Source: Bipalium vagum (lineage: Eukaryota). Taken from it: 37,680 nucleotides of DNA. This document shows, one piece after another, positions 14,401 through 29,600 of the stretch. The stretch lies in the NCBI GenBank assembly GCA_037834085.1, contig JBBMKC010129656.1:151-37830 (forward strand), read 5' to 3'. Made by a program: the position numbers and the translations under genes. The stretch's first letter is position 1. Each line of letters starts with the position of its first letter. A model generated the notes under the pieces. That model was not told the DNA's origin, did not search any database, and saw nothing but the letters and a program-made list of their open reading frames with translations.

Positions 14401-17400
14401 CATATCCATCCCGTGTTGAAGGTTGGGCCAGTTTCCGATTCAAATATAACAAAGTTAGTGATTAGTGAAACCTTAAGTCATTGTCGTATTATGAAATTCA
14501 GAGAAGAATTGAATAGAAGAAATATGATGATGACCTATCATTATTACGCGGAACTTTTCTTCAATAACAAAAAGGTGGTTACTACTGGAAACAAGTAATT
14601 GTTTTCTATTTCTCTTTTCTCAGAAAAATATTTATAAAACCAAGTATAATTTTGATTTTATAAAATTTTTATTACTACTACTACTAATAATATTTACAAT
14701 ATATATTAAAGATTTTTAGATAAAATAGTAAGTTTCACTTTATAACGGGTAGCCAATAAAGAATGATCAATTGTTTAAATACATTATTTTTAAACTAAAA
14801 AAATTTTAATTTGAATTATTAATTAATTTAATTTATGCCAAGGTTTTTAATATCTTGTAAAATAAACATACGTTATTTTTACGAATATTTTCTTTTAGAT
14901 AATGACGTATGAGAGCTGTGTAAGAAATTTGATAAAAACCAATTATGAAAATGGGAAAACACCGGAAGAAATTTATGAATCTGTAGCAAAAACGGTACCA
15001 AAATTCACTATTTATAGATGGACTTAACTAATAAAAAAGGGAAAATCATTGCTCGAAATTCCCCTGGACGTCCAAGAACCACAAGAACGAAAAAATTTAT
15101 CAAAAAATTTAACAGAAACCTTACAACACACAAAAAAAAGAAATCAGCTATAAAGTTAGCTTTAGATTTCAAATGTTCAAGAGGAACTATTGGAAATATT
15201 ATACATAATGACTTGGGATTTAAGTGCTACAGAAAAATAAAAGTTCCCCCTCTATCTCCCTATCTAGTTCCAAATCAATTGACGAAAGACGTGCTCATGT
15301 TGGTTAAGAAAAAGATTTAGTAAACAGGCAGTGAACAAAATTATGTTTAGTAATGAAAAATCTTTTGATGCAGATGATCAGTTTAATCCACACAATGACG
15401 TCGCTTATGCTGTGTCTAGAAAAGATGCAAATTTAAAAGGTGGACTTTTTCCAAAGAGTAAATATCCTTTGAAAGTGATGGTATGGGTTGGACTGACATA
15501 TCAAGGTCCGACGAAACCTGTATTCTTACTGACAAAAACATCTTTTGATACTTGATTTTATATACATCAAATGTACTTCAAATCGTTAAAAATATGGAAG
15601 GGAGGGAGCTCATTGGAAGCGATTTCATATATCAGCAGGATGGTGCTGGCTGTCACAGAAGTAAAGAAACGATTGCGGCATTCAAAAAGACTGATATTTC
15701 AATAATAGCTCCAAATCATTGGCCACCAAATTCACCAGATCTTAGTCCTCTTGATTATTTCTTTTGGGATGAAGTATCAAAGAGACTGAAAACAAAAAAA
15801 TTTGAAAGTCGTACAAAACTGATTGAAAAAATTAAAAAAACAATTGCAGAAATTCCATTAAATATGATTCTCCAAGCTATCGATTCCTTTCGACAAAGAG
15901 TTTTGGCCATAAACAGGCACAAAGAAGGTTTAATAATAAACTGTTTTAATTAAATAAATTTTGATTTTATTCTTTATTACATACTTTTAATTGAGTTAAT
16001 TTAACATTATGCTGCCTATGTCAAACGTCATTCAAAGAATTATCATTCTTTATTGGCCACCTGTTAGATTTAATAAACTAAGAAAAATAATTATTAAAGT
16101 TATACAATTAATACTTGAAAACACCATGAGAATTTTTAATTTTAAAATCATAATTTAAAGAATTAATTTTATAAATTTGCAGTTTTATTGATTTATTAAT
16201 TTAATTTGATGCAAAAAATGAGCCACTAATAAATTTAACGAAGTTAAATTTTTGGAATTAAAATAATCTCTTACAATCGGACAAGATGATAGTTTAGATC
16301 CCTTTTTAAGAAATCATGAATATTTAGAAGAGAAAAATTGCCAACTTCCAATTCAATCTATTTTCTTTATCGAAATACCTTTTGTTTGAAATGATTTGTT
16401 GGAAACAAAGAGATGGTAATCTATTGGAGAGATACCAGAAGAATTTGACGCAGGTGGTAATTATTCTCTTTGTTATTTTTAAATTTTTTCGCGGATTAAT
16501 TTTGCGAATGGTAGTAACACTGCTTTCTTTCTGTGGATAAAACCCGGTTAGTTTTAAAGGAACCTATATTTTACACCTTTCAACCGCTTTACATTACAAA
16601 TAATCAATTTCTGTTGATCATTGCCTAGAAATTCGTGGTGAACAATATCATGAACATTACAAGAAGCGCGAAGTATGATCTTTGACAAACAATTTATATT
16701 TTTGGAGTGTGCAGTATCACATTCGTTGCCAACTAATGATGAGTTCGTTTGTTGTTTTTGTAGTATAACCATGTAATCCGGAAATGGTATGACTTCATGA
16801 TGTTCCAGATGTGAAGACCACATGATTATTCTTTGTAGCTTGTTCTCCTTTGTCAATGCAAGTGGGACCCGCTTGCTAATTATCCACGTGTTTCCATTTA
16901 TATAATAATAAATAATCTGAATCAATTTGTATAATTTTTAATTCGAAGTAATTATCATGATATTGTTGAAAAATTGTTCATTCCTTTAAGAGTCCTTTTA
17001 ATAAAATATGTGAAACATTTCAAATAACTGAACATTCTTTTGTGCTGACAGTGATAAACTTAGTGAGGGCTGAAATTTCCTTTACAATTATTTTTCACTA
17101 GAATGTGTTCCCAAAACCTAGTAAATATATTTTAAGAGTATCCACTATCGTTTTTATTGATAGATCCATGACAAAGGTCTTTCAAACAGTCTCTTTTCAA
17201 TGGACTTATTACCTTGAAAAGACTTTCGAAATTAAACTGTGACTTTGTATTACCTACAGGATCATTTTCATATGTTAATTCGCTTATTTGGTTCAGACCT
17301 CTTCAACAAGATTTTACTGTAAGATTCAATGAAAGAATCCCAATTATTATTTCTCGCTATCCGGAAGTCATCATTTTAAAAGTGATTTGCTTTTCTTGTT

Positions 17401-20400
17401 GATAACATATTGATTACCTTCACTCTCACGAAGCTGTTTGAAACTTCTGGATTCAGTTCCAAATTTTTGGGGAGTACAGAAATGGACATTCCTCTTCCAT
17501 TCAAACATTCGGAAATTGAAGAGTTTCAAATGTATAATATTAAGACCAATCAACATCTTGTGCACAAGTGAGAGATTTATCACCGTTCGAATATATTTTA
17601 CATGGTTAATGAATCAGGAACTGTGGGGTAGGGTCTGGAGAAAGAGGATTTCAATTGGAAAGTATTGACGGAACTCCAAGTGGAGAAATAATTACACCTC
17701 TGTTCACATCAGCGTTACTTTATGGTCGCACTTTGTGGGCAGTGGACGAAGATGGAGAATTAATGATTCCACAGAGTTATTTAAATTCAGAGAAATTTAA
17801 AAAGTATGTTTTATCTGGTTCTTTAAGTTTCTTTTAATGTTTAACCTTTTTATAAATTTCAACTTTTCTTTTTCCGATTGTATATCTTATTATGTTTAGC
17901 CAAAGATCAAATCGTGATCCATTGCTGGCACTAGGGTTCAGTAAAATATTAGATTTGCAAAGAAGGCAAGAATGGAAGAGTATTGAATCACATCTTGACC
18001 CAAATGATCCAAGAGATGCAAAACTGATCAAAGCTCTTCATGTAAGCCTATCTGTTATATGTACCTTTATTTCTTATTATTTACAATCAATTATTAATTT
18101 TATGGGTTTTCAAAAAAGTAATTGCCTTTTTTTGAAGACACAAAAGACATGAAACTAGTTGAAGCAATATATTTTTATTAAATTATGAATTTTACGTTGT
18201 TATCAAGAATCTGTTACCATCTTCCAGAAAGAATAAGAAAATTTAAAAATTTCCGCAAAAATCTGCAACAAGTCGGTTTCGACGTAATCATATTAGATCA
18301 ATTTTTGATGTGCTTTCTTTAAAATGAAATATCAATAATTAAATATTTTTTATTTTCTTTTATTTATTGATTTTACTATAATCAAATTAATAATAATTAA
18401 AATCAATAAAAGTAAATAATTTTTAACCAATATCCATTAAGGATAAGCAGAATAGGTTGTCGTAATTTACAAATGAGCTCCTCAGGCGGATCACCATTTG
18501 TGTTTCATTAAATCCCTTGCAGAGTAGCCATAAAGACTCCAACTGCGCAGAATTGTTTTGAAAACATGCATTCCGCCGAAAAATTGTTCACCAAAAAGGC
18601 GAAACAATTAATCGGTTTTTCAATTATTTGAAAGAAGGATAAAGCATTTCAAAAACAATACAATGCCGCCCTTATTTTTCGAGCCACTCTTTAAAATTTT
18701 TTGAACCATGTAGATTACGAATTACATTACAAGTTCTATGATTTGAACTATTTTAATTTACATACATATTGATGTTAGCTTTTATAATTCATAGAAAAAT
18801 TATTAATATTGAGTTGCATATAATTTTTAAATTAAATTTATTAAATGAAAACTATATGTATAACATTTTACTCATTATTATTACCTAATATATTTTTATT
18901 TTATAGAAATATTTTGGTTTAATATGGCTAGGTTATCGGGGGATATTAGAAAAATAGTTATTGAAAAATTGAAAGAGGGTTGGTCGCAGAGAAAAAATGC
19001 AATTCTGCTTAATATTTTACGGCATGTAGTGCGACGTATTCAACTCAAATTTTAAACACATAAAACATTTGAAAATATATTTAAAAGTGATCGTAAGCCG
19101 AAAAATACTTGGAGATCTGAAAGATTGCTCATTTGTTATTTGAAGCAAAATCCAAAGAAAACAGCACATCAACCTTTTCTGGATTGGGAAGAATTTTGGA
19201 ATTCTTTCTTTTGTTACGCTATTATTTCACTATAAACACTGTCGTAAAACTTAGCTCACAAAGTTTACTGACCCCTTCTTTTTTGCCAATTCGTGTACGC
19301 ATATGAATGAATCAAGACAACTACGAACAACACTTTATTGCTAAAATAACAATAACAAACAATCACAAAATGTGTCAAATAATCACTAAAATGTCAGCAA
19401 TCATATGTTTTCACACTCAAAAGCAAATGTTTTCACACTAAAAATCAAATGGTAATAATCAATTAAATAATAATAATCAAATAATTAAATGTCAGAATTA
19501 AATGTTAATATATTAAAAAAAACAAAGAAAAGAAAGTGAAGATACTCTCACCAGTTGTGACGACGATAGGTCCAAAGGGTGGTTTGCTGAGCACAACCCG
19601 GTTCGCTCAGAAATCCCCTATCAATACAGGACCCGTCTTGAGTTCCTGTCGCAGAGAGGGTATGAAGAATGATTACTAACTGCAAGAAAAATTCATGGCT
19701 TCTGACTTCTCCGCAATCTTCTGACGCAGATTGTTGTAGTTCTCTGTAATCTTCTGACACAAATTTCCTTCAGAGATTTTCTGGTAATCCACTGCGGATT
19801 TCACCTCCTTATATACCATTCTGATCAGACTACTAATCAGTCGTAGATCAGCTTGATTAATGGGGAATGTCGATTCCCTTTTTAGATCGATAATTCTAAA
19901 TCGGTCCCTCTTTGCGGACCCTGATCTAATCTTGGCAATTAAGGCTCGCTACGGTCAAGATTAGATCCCTTAAAAATAATAATTAATTACCAATTTTTGT
20001 TTTTATGTAATTTTTAGTTACTTAATTATTATTATTTAATTCTGACCCTTTTGCGGCCTTAATAATTAATTCATAATAATGATAACTAAACTAGACCCTA
20101 TTGTGGTCTCTAACATGCTTTTACAAGGGTTTACAGGGATGTGTCCTTGGGTAACCCAACACTTTTTGGAATGACATCATTTTTACTGAGGAAGGTAGAT
20201 TATAACTGTTCTCTAGAAGAAGAGGATACGTTTGCAAACCGCAAGGACTCAGATATAGTCCAAAATATACCACAAAAACTGAAAATAGGAGGTAACAGTT
20301 TAATGGTTTGGAGTGCTATAAAAGAAAATGGCAACAGAATTTTCATAAGGTTTCTTTTGTCTATCAGAAAGTATTAAAGAAAGGGTTGTGGCCAATATAT

Positions 20401-23400
20401 GAGCCACAAAATATATTTCATCAAGACAGAGCCCCATCCCATAAATCAAGATTTGTATTATCATTCTTGGACAAGTCAAAATTGTGTACTCGGTGATTGG
20501 CAGGCTCAGTCAACAGATCTAAGTATAATTGAGCCGTTGTGGGAATGATCTGAAAGCCAGGGTTTGTAGACCGGCCACTACGTTGGAGTATTTCGGAGGA
20601 ACAGTGGATAATGATTCCAGTTTCTAAAATAAAATAATCTATATGAAAGTATGCTAAGAAGGATCAAGGAGGTAATAAAAAATAAAGGCATGAACACGTT
20701 ATTAATTTTAAGTATGTCGTAGTATACTACTTATTGAAATGAGTAATACAGTTGTAAATGTTAATAAAATATGTTTCATTGTCTTACAATCTTATATTCA
20801 AAATAACTAGCAAAATCATGTTTTTGAAAAATTCTTTTTTACTACAATTGAAAAATTTTTTGTGAAAATATGTGCTTTAACATATTCTTGGATATATTGA
20901 AAGATAGACAACATTAAAGTACTTAATAATTATATATTTTCGTCATTTTATGCAAATCATATATTAACATAGATTTTCAACTAATAAATATTAATAATAA
21001 AATAATTATAATAATATTAAATAATAATTACTAATTATAATCCCAAGGAGTTTGTCAGAGCATATGAGTTCTTAATTTTTAAATCATAATTTAAAAATTT
21101 AAATTAATAAAAATAATTTAATAAATATAAAATAAAAGATTAAAAATTTTAATAAAATGAATATAATATTAATTCGCTACTACTACTAATAATAAATGTA
21201 TAATTTAAAGGCTCAACAAGTTATTTATTTTGTATTTTAATAAGGTAATTTTGAAACATCTTTGGAATTAATATTGATAGTTTTTCTTTATACTAAATCT
21301 AAATAAAAATTATTAAAAATAATAAATATTTTCGTCGTTATCATTTAAAAAAAAATTTAGACCAATGAACAATTTGGTATTGATCCGGAAACAAAACTAT
21401 CAAGCGAATACTTTCGACTAAATCCTTATCTGGACGAGTTCAATTTCGCAACAGAAGAAGAAATTGACCGGTCTCTGAGATTCCGAATGATCCAGTTGCG
21501 AAATAACGATATTCCTGAGTTTCGTTCATTACCAATTCCTCTTTACGATGATAAAGTGCCTCTGGAACTGATCAAAGTCCATTGATAATACTTCACTAAT
21601 CGATCAAATATTGATTCATTTCAGGACTATGAGAACAGAAAGGGGGTTCATAAGCGTCGAATTAACGTAACCGGGTTTGAAGCACGGAAATTGATTCATC
21701 AGGAATTTATTGAAAAAGTTTTCTACTTGTTTTTTCTGTATATTAAAAATTGATATTCCACAACGATTAGATTAGGGACGAGGTGTTATCAAAGTTCAGG
21801 AGCAGTCTGTTGAAAAAGTCACTAGTAGAAATGGTTCGAGAAGAGGAAATCCCGGCTATAAAGTATGTGATTTTATTGTCTTATTTTAATTTGTTTGCTT
21901 CTGATAACTTTTTTGACACTTCTTTTTCAAATTTGGCCGATAATTTAATTTATTTTAAGATTTTTCTATTTTAATTTCTACAGAACTTTTTGTGCAAGAA
22001 ATTGACCAGGTTCCCAATGAAAAGAAAGTCTATTAAACACAGAGAATGACGCAAAATCTCGTAGCCTAACTTGTTTTAATGTCAGTAGTGTTATTTTTAT
22101 AAAGTGGTAGTAAGCGTTAATCTTTTCCTAACTTCGATCTTTCTATCGATCAATTCTAATTAGATTCGCTGTATTTCTTCGATCTCCTTGCAGGCGTTCT
22201 TTGTATTTATGTTTTTCCAGAATTTTGAATAGTTTGATGTTTTCCTGTTTTTTTCATTAAAATTAACATTTCTTAAGCACAACTCCTTTGTTTTTCATCC
22301 AGACAAAGCCACACCAACTTATCTCTATTCTTCATCTTTCCAGGTTGGTTTAAATGAAGCATTTCTCTGCGACCTATTTTGGATTTTAATCGTGAGAATC
22401 ATTCTTAAAGAGCATTTGTTAAGAATTAAAGACAAAAAAAGCTTTCTTCATCTTCATCCTTGGAGAAACCGTTGAAATAATTGTTGAATCATAAATTAAT
22501 TAGCAGTTCGATTGTAATTACCTTTATTTAAAATTAAAATGAGATCATTTCTGATTGACCAGTCCTTCAATTTTTTCACACATGATACGTAAATTTAAAT
22601 AGCACCAACAGTTTTAGAGAGAATGAAAATTAACTTTGCGAGTCGTTTTTTACCAAATTTAAACAAAATAATTCGATTTTTTCCACTTCCATTAGATAGT
22701 TTATAAAATGAATAAATAACAATCAATTCATTACATTATGAAACATAAATAAATGTAAGGTTTTGAATTGTACTAAGATATTGTGAATATTAAAACAAAA
22801 TGTCATCAGCGTAATATATTTTATATCGAACTGTTTCAAAATCATTTGATAAAAGGAAAGCATTTTATCATCGTGATAAAATATTATTAGTATTTTTGAA
22901 AGATTTTGAAAATCAGTGTTACAAAATAATACAAATTTCAAGATTAAATATTGAATACCTTGAACATTTAATTCCTGATTCATTCATTATCTTAAATGCA
23001 ACTTCATAATTATATATATCGTAAGTATAACTTTTTGACAGCACTTGACTGGCAACTAATAAATTATCGATCTTATAACTAAAAAATTCAATGTCAATTT
23101 AGGTTTATTGCATCCAAAAACATTTTTGTTTAAATAATATTGAAAAATAATCGATATATTAAAATATAAATCAGTAAATCAATTCTGTAATTTCTTTTCT
23201 TAATTTTTAGTCGATTTTAACGTGTAAAATCTGGTACATTTTATTTTATTATCATACATAGAAATGCGAATTTCAGGCCTAGAATAAGATACATAATATA
23301 TATTTTTAGGAAACTGAAAAGAAATTGAAATTTATTGGTTTGACAAATTCTTCAACAGTGATTTTTTTTTAATATAGAGTTTGGTTCTGTTCGTCAAGTA

Positions 23401-23600
23401 ATAAATGTATTTATCAAAGAGTATGGTAACAGCGCAATGCGTGACACTGTCATGAAGTCACAAAACATTCAATTTGTGAAAATCGATTTAAGTAAAAATA
23501 TCTATCATTTTAAATCTAGCAGCCTATAATGCATTTTTTAAAATTTATATTCATAATAGACATGTTTAAATTTAACCCATTGCCATTGTCTCATACTGAC

Positions 23601-23645
<45 letters not shown>

Positions 23646-26600
23646 AAATAATAATTATAAAGATATTAATGGAAATCTCTAAATAATTTTGCTTTAAGAT
23701 TTTATGTAGAAAGGTGATAATACTTGACTCGGTATTATTCAGAATATTATTTCAAAAATTATAAACAAGTTTTATATAAATTATTATGAATTTTTATTAT
23801 TTTTATTATTATTATATAAATTATCTATAAAATCTTAATTTTAATATATTTATAAGGAACCGGGAATGATTAGACATAATTTTAAATATATTAGTTTTTT
23901 TCTAATACACGAATAATAGCCTGATATTATTTAATCCTCATTATCAAAATTTTTTCTAAGTGAATTTCTGCCTAAATTGCTCAACCTTAAAGCTTTTAAC
24001 CGCCCGCTCCAACGACTTCCTGAAACAAGAAAACCAATTTCAGTTCATAATGTTTATGAAATGGACGTTGAGATCGTTGTCGTAATCCAAAGAGCTTCAA
24101 ATTTACCAGTTGATGTTGAAAGAAGGGTATTATTTATTTTTTCTTTTTGAATCAAACATCTATTTGACCTCAGAATAATAAAATTATATATTTAAAATGA
24201 AAAATATGTCTTGGATTTAATATTATATAATGTTGCGCTCATCTGTTAAGTTATTTTAATCAAATCATAATTTTGAATTAAATTTTGGTTATAAATAATA
24301 TTAATAATATGATATAATCAAAGTTTTTGTAGTATGTTTTTCAATATTTATTGAATTCAGTTGAATATTAAATGTCTTTGAAGCCTAGTATTAAGAATTT
24401 TTAATTTTCACAATTTCACTTTAAGAAATTTTTAAAATTATATTTAAGACAGTTAAACTTTATTTTGAGAAAAAATAATTTGGAAGTGATTAATATAATG
24501 TTTTGATTTATAAAAATGTTATAAAATTATTTATATTAGTTTGGCAAGAAAGTAATGTCATATTTTATGAGTATTAAAAATTGAATATTTTTTAATCTTC
24601 GTGTTATCGTTAGTGAAAAATTTGTTTTGTTTATTTGAAGTACATAAATAGCTCTTCAATTAAATTAAATGTGGAATGAAAGAAAATTTGAAAAATTTTG
24701 TTCAAAAATTATGGAATTCAAATTAATCGATACAACTCAATAGTATAATTTCTCATGAAATTGAATTTTTCTAATATTTAAGTAATTATAATTTTAATTA
24801 TTAGGTCATAAAGTATGAAATGCATAACAAACATTTATTAAAGAAATCTTTGACAAGGAACAATTTAATTAATCAAAGTAAGCACCTTCAGAAAGTATAC
24901 ACTTCTGCAATCTTGTTGGCAGTTCGGAGATACCTTTATCAAAAACTCAGGCTTCAGAGATTCGACGAATTGAATAAGGGCACTTTATTCAGTCTCTGGA
25001 GAATGGAATTTCTTTCCTTTTAAAGTTATCCAAATTCATGAAAAAAACAATAGTCGGTAGGTGCAAGGTCTAGGAAATAAGGAGGATGATCGATAGTTTC
25101 CAAATTCATCTCCAGCATTTTTTGTTTCACTCGCTTTGCAATGTGTGGGCGGGTATTGTTATGAAGGAGTATTAGTTTATTCTTGTTGAACCATCTTGGT
25201 GGTATTTCTTCAATATTTCTTCCAATTGAACAATAGACCTCAGCTGTGATTGATTTACCTTCGCATTTCACACCTCATGACTTAATATAATTTTTTTATC
25301 ATATTTTCATACAATTATACTTGCTTTTAACCTAATTTTTTATTTCTCTTTCATTAAAAATTATCTGATTGTTAAAATTTCAAAAAACAAACAGATACCA
25401 AATGTCACTCAGTTCTTGATTATCGATTACAACTAGAATCTTTGTGAATATTGAATTGTGATAACTCTTGAGAGATTGCAATATGTAATTTAGAACTGTG
25501 GACCATGTGCAGATTTTTGAAATGGCTTCATCCTATTTAAAAACTACGTTTTTGTGTCAATCTAATTTTTAATAATGATTTTGCTCCATGTTTAACATGT
25601 TATTTAATCTAAAGACGCTGACTCCTTTCGTCCAAGTCAACTTTCAAAATACTATTCGACAGACAGATGTATTAGAAGGAATTAATCCAGCTTGGGATGT
25701 AGAATTGAGAATACCTTTTAAGTAATTCGATCAATATAGCATTTCCTTTGTTATGAAAGCATTTTAACGTTTGCCTCTTATTAGACCCCCAGCTACTATT
25801 ACCAGCCTGGACACGGTTAAAGAAACATTGTTAATCAGTGTATATGACCAACAAGTGATCAACATGAATACGAATGCTAATCAGAAATTCAACACGGTCT
25901 ACGAACGTTACGAACGCCATTGGCTTGGGTGTTTGGAAATACCTTTCAACACGATTTACTTGAATTCAAAGGTGATAATGGAGACGAAATAATCAATGAA
26001 CGTTCACGTTTTTAGATCGAGGGAAATTTTAGATTAAAACAGCCGGCTTTTGTTCAGGGATACGAGCACCTTGACTACATCGATCCAATGCTTTCCGTTT
26101 TCATAACACTGGATCCAGAAATTCATCCTCCACAAATTCTGAAAGAGCGAGTAAGCATTTTCGTCCGGATCTCTCTCTACTCTTAACATTTCAATGTTCC
26201 CACATTTAATATTTTATTTCCCATGTTAGATAAAGGAAAAGGTAAGAATTCAGCTTATGTTTAGATATATTTCTTTTTGTCTTGGTAGTGCTGTTTTCAT
26301 TAATGTGTCTCAATCATTACTAAAATTCGTACTGATCAACTGTTATGATGATCATATAGTGATTGATTGATTGATCTTAACAATTCATTAGATTAGTAGT
26401 AGCTTTGAATTTCCGGTGCTAACAATCAGTTTTTGCTGAAGACTTTCACCACACGATCGAAATTATTCGGTAACCTTGACGAATTTTATTTCGAAGAAAA
26501 ATGTGGAACATTGAAAGGAAAAGTGAATTGGGTTTTGTCTTTTCATAGTAGATCTGTGTCAAATTCCCGATTACTAATGATAGTACTAAACTATTAATAA

Positions 26601-29600
26601 TATTATTATTACTATATCGATCAGTCTAATTGAACTCAGATTTGACGAAATTTCAAAGGAAACGGTGACAAAGTACAATTTTTTATAATTATTTTTATTT
26701 TATATAAATTATTTTCTGTCATGTATCACTGGGTTGACATTTACAAGGGTTAATCTTAGATGCTGACTCCAATATTGCTATCGATTGATTTACGATATTT
26801 AGAAATAAAATCCATGTCACTGTTTTTTCTGTAATTTTATTGTTTTATTGTTAATATTATTATTACTATTATAATAGTGTTAATATTTAAATATCAACCA
26901 AGGACATTATTATCTGACTCCAATATCTTATAGTTGAGTTCATGACGAGAAAATAAATTCGGAAATCTCACACTTTACTGAAGTTACGTTTTTATTATAT
27001 AATAACATTCAAACTCAAAATTGTTTGTTCAATTCAAATTTATTGAAAAATATTTTGTCTTCCTTTTCTTTTCATTGTGATTCAGTTTCTCTTTTTTCTC
27101 TTTCTGAGCTCTTCCTTTCGGTAGTTGATCATATACCCATATTTGGCTAATCAGATTATAGAATTCGTTTTCCCATTCTCTCTGTCTTGTCAAGATGCCT
27201 GACGATGATAAAATTAATTCTGTTACTCTATTCTGCCATTTAGGCAGAAGAGATCGAGTCCCCGCACTCACTTCTTTCCAGTATCTTAATAATAGATTAA
27301 AGCTCTATTAAATTTACCTTTCTGCCATTCAAGGAGAAAAGAAAGTAATTAATTTATAAACCACTACACGGCAGAAATAAGCAACTTAGCAGCAAAAAAT
27401 GAAAAATTTTTATTAATTATATTATTAAAAATGAAACTTGAAAAAAGTGTGATACTTCATAAATGTTGATATTTTTCAATCATTGACGATAAAAAAATTA
27501 GATTTCATTAAATGTACTCGAATATTACGAGAATTATTTTTACGTTAGTCTGAGTTTTACGTCTGGTAGTAAAATGTAATTGTCTATAAAACGTGATCGA
27601 TATAAATGTTACCAGTTCAGCAGCGTGGAGGATCAAAATCTAGTATTCCACACAGAAAGGTGGCAGAACGAGATGAACCAAAGATTTCCCAAAAGATTCC
27701 GAAGAGTAACCGTTGTTAACATGAGATGTCAGGAAACGCTAATTACTCGGTACGTATCATCTCTTCCACCACCAGATGAACTGTTGGCTGTTGACGAAAC
27801 TATAAAGAAACAGGTGTAGATTTGTGGTCACAGATAAAAAATGTTAATTTTCTATCCATTGACCAGATGGTAGCAAGATTTGTGTCCTTGATTTCTTTTA
27901 TGGCAGATGCTTTGGTTTTCCCAGGAATATCCGATATTTGGAGTACATGTGACGTAAGATCCTTTTCGTTTGAATGAATAACAATATCTGTACCCCTCCC
28001 CACCATTTTTCAATGTTCTTATTGATCTGAGCTTAAAATGGATCTTAGATCGAATGCTTATCATCTCTTATCATTTCGTCACCCATTTTGATTCAAGTCA
28101 AACTGGGAAACGTCTTTCGGAGAAATATTGATTTTCTGTTTTCAACCTTGACTTCGAATTTAATACAGACATTTTAAAATTTTCTTTTGACAGCAATTCC
28201 TCAAGATGCTCATTGGAGATGAAGATGAGCATGCCGTCCTGTTATGCAACTATTTCAACTATTTGTACAAAGAACCGAATTCCGTCTTTCTTTGCCTTGG
28301 AGAAGCCATTCCCGAAGGTTCTACTGCATATGTGCTCACTAAGGAATCGGACAGTACCATTTGGTTGTGGAATGCTTCAACCGGAGCAAAATTCAAGAGT
28401 ACAGATTCCACATGTTCAATGTTCAAAATCGGACTGCTGGTCAATCAGAACAATGTTTTTTCACTTGTTACTACGAAAATTTTGGAATAGGGTTATTTTT
28501 TTAAGGTTTGGGCCAATACTCAACAGAAAGTTCAACCATGGGAATTGAGATTCGACCTTTCAAACAAATCTGACTGGTTTCCATTATTTAAATCAGACAT
28601 CCACCTACAAACGGTACAGCCCGATGCCATTTTGTACGAAGAACCGTCATTGATGGAAGTTCAAGATTTCCAGTTAAATTTAGAGACCCAGCTGCGAAGT
28701 CGCATCATGGATTGGAGAATGGGCCTGCGAACCAGTTTTCTCATTGGTCCACGACGTGAAATGATTGAAATATTGAAGAGGTTTGATTTCTTCATTAAAA
28801 TTAAATCAAATCAATTAAATCAAACGGTAAAAAATATCGATTATTTATAAAATTTTTTAGTAATTATTATATCATAATATAAAATCATTGTACTTAGACC
28901 AAAGTTGTAGGCTTAAAATTCTTTTTAAAATATTTCTGGTTTTCAAGTTTTACTCTGCTTCGTTACGAAGAGCTTTTGTCATAACATGGGAATTTTTAAT
29001 TTCAAAAGCTTAAGTTAAATAATGTCAATTATAATTTTTAACGTCTGTCGGCTTATAATCCATAGTTGTAAGATTTTAATAATTTATTAATGTTATCACA
29101 AATCTGAATAATAAAAAAACTATTCAAACTATGGGAGTCCCGTAGCAATAGACTCAAATAAAAATAATCTATTAACATTCTATAAAAATATTTAACTGAT
29201 TAACTTTTATTATTTATTAATATAATTATTAAAATATCTTTAAATATAAATTAAAAATAAATATACCAAGTAATGTAAATAAATACATTGACAAATATAA
29301 ATGATAATAAAACAGAAACTTTATAGAATTAATTACATTTAAAATTTAAATTAAATCAATAAATCGTTAATTTTAAATATTAAATTTCATAAAGCATAAT
29401 AATGTCTCAAAATACAATGTAAAAAAATAAAAAAACGATAATTTGAAAAAAGTGATAATTTGAAAATCACAAGGATATATTCTTTTTAACAAAAAACCAA
29501 AATTTTCTTTTAAATTCAAAAAAAATATTTTTTAACTTACATATTGTGAGGATTAAAATTTTTTAAATAATTTAATTAGTTAAAATATTTATTATTTAAA

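Noticed and set aside
18440-18700. More GC-rich intronic patch
   Set aside because: No interpretable ORF, termini or structure; probably an old TE fragment.
26346-26475. Box C/D snoRNA (ATGATGA..CTGA) or hammerhead (CTGAAGA..GAAA)
   Set aside because: Terminal stem only about 3 bp, no recognisable rRNA guide, and hammerhead stems II and III do not pair.
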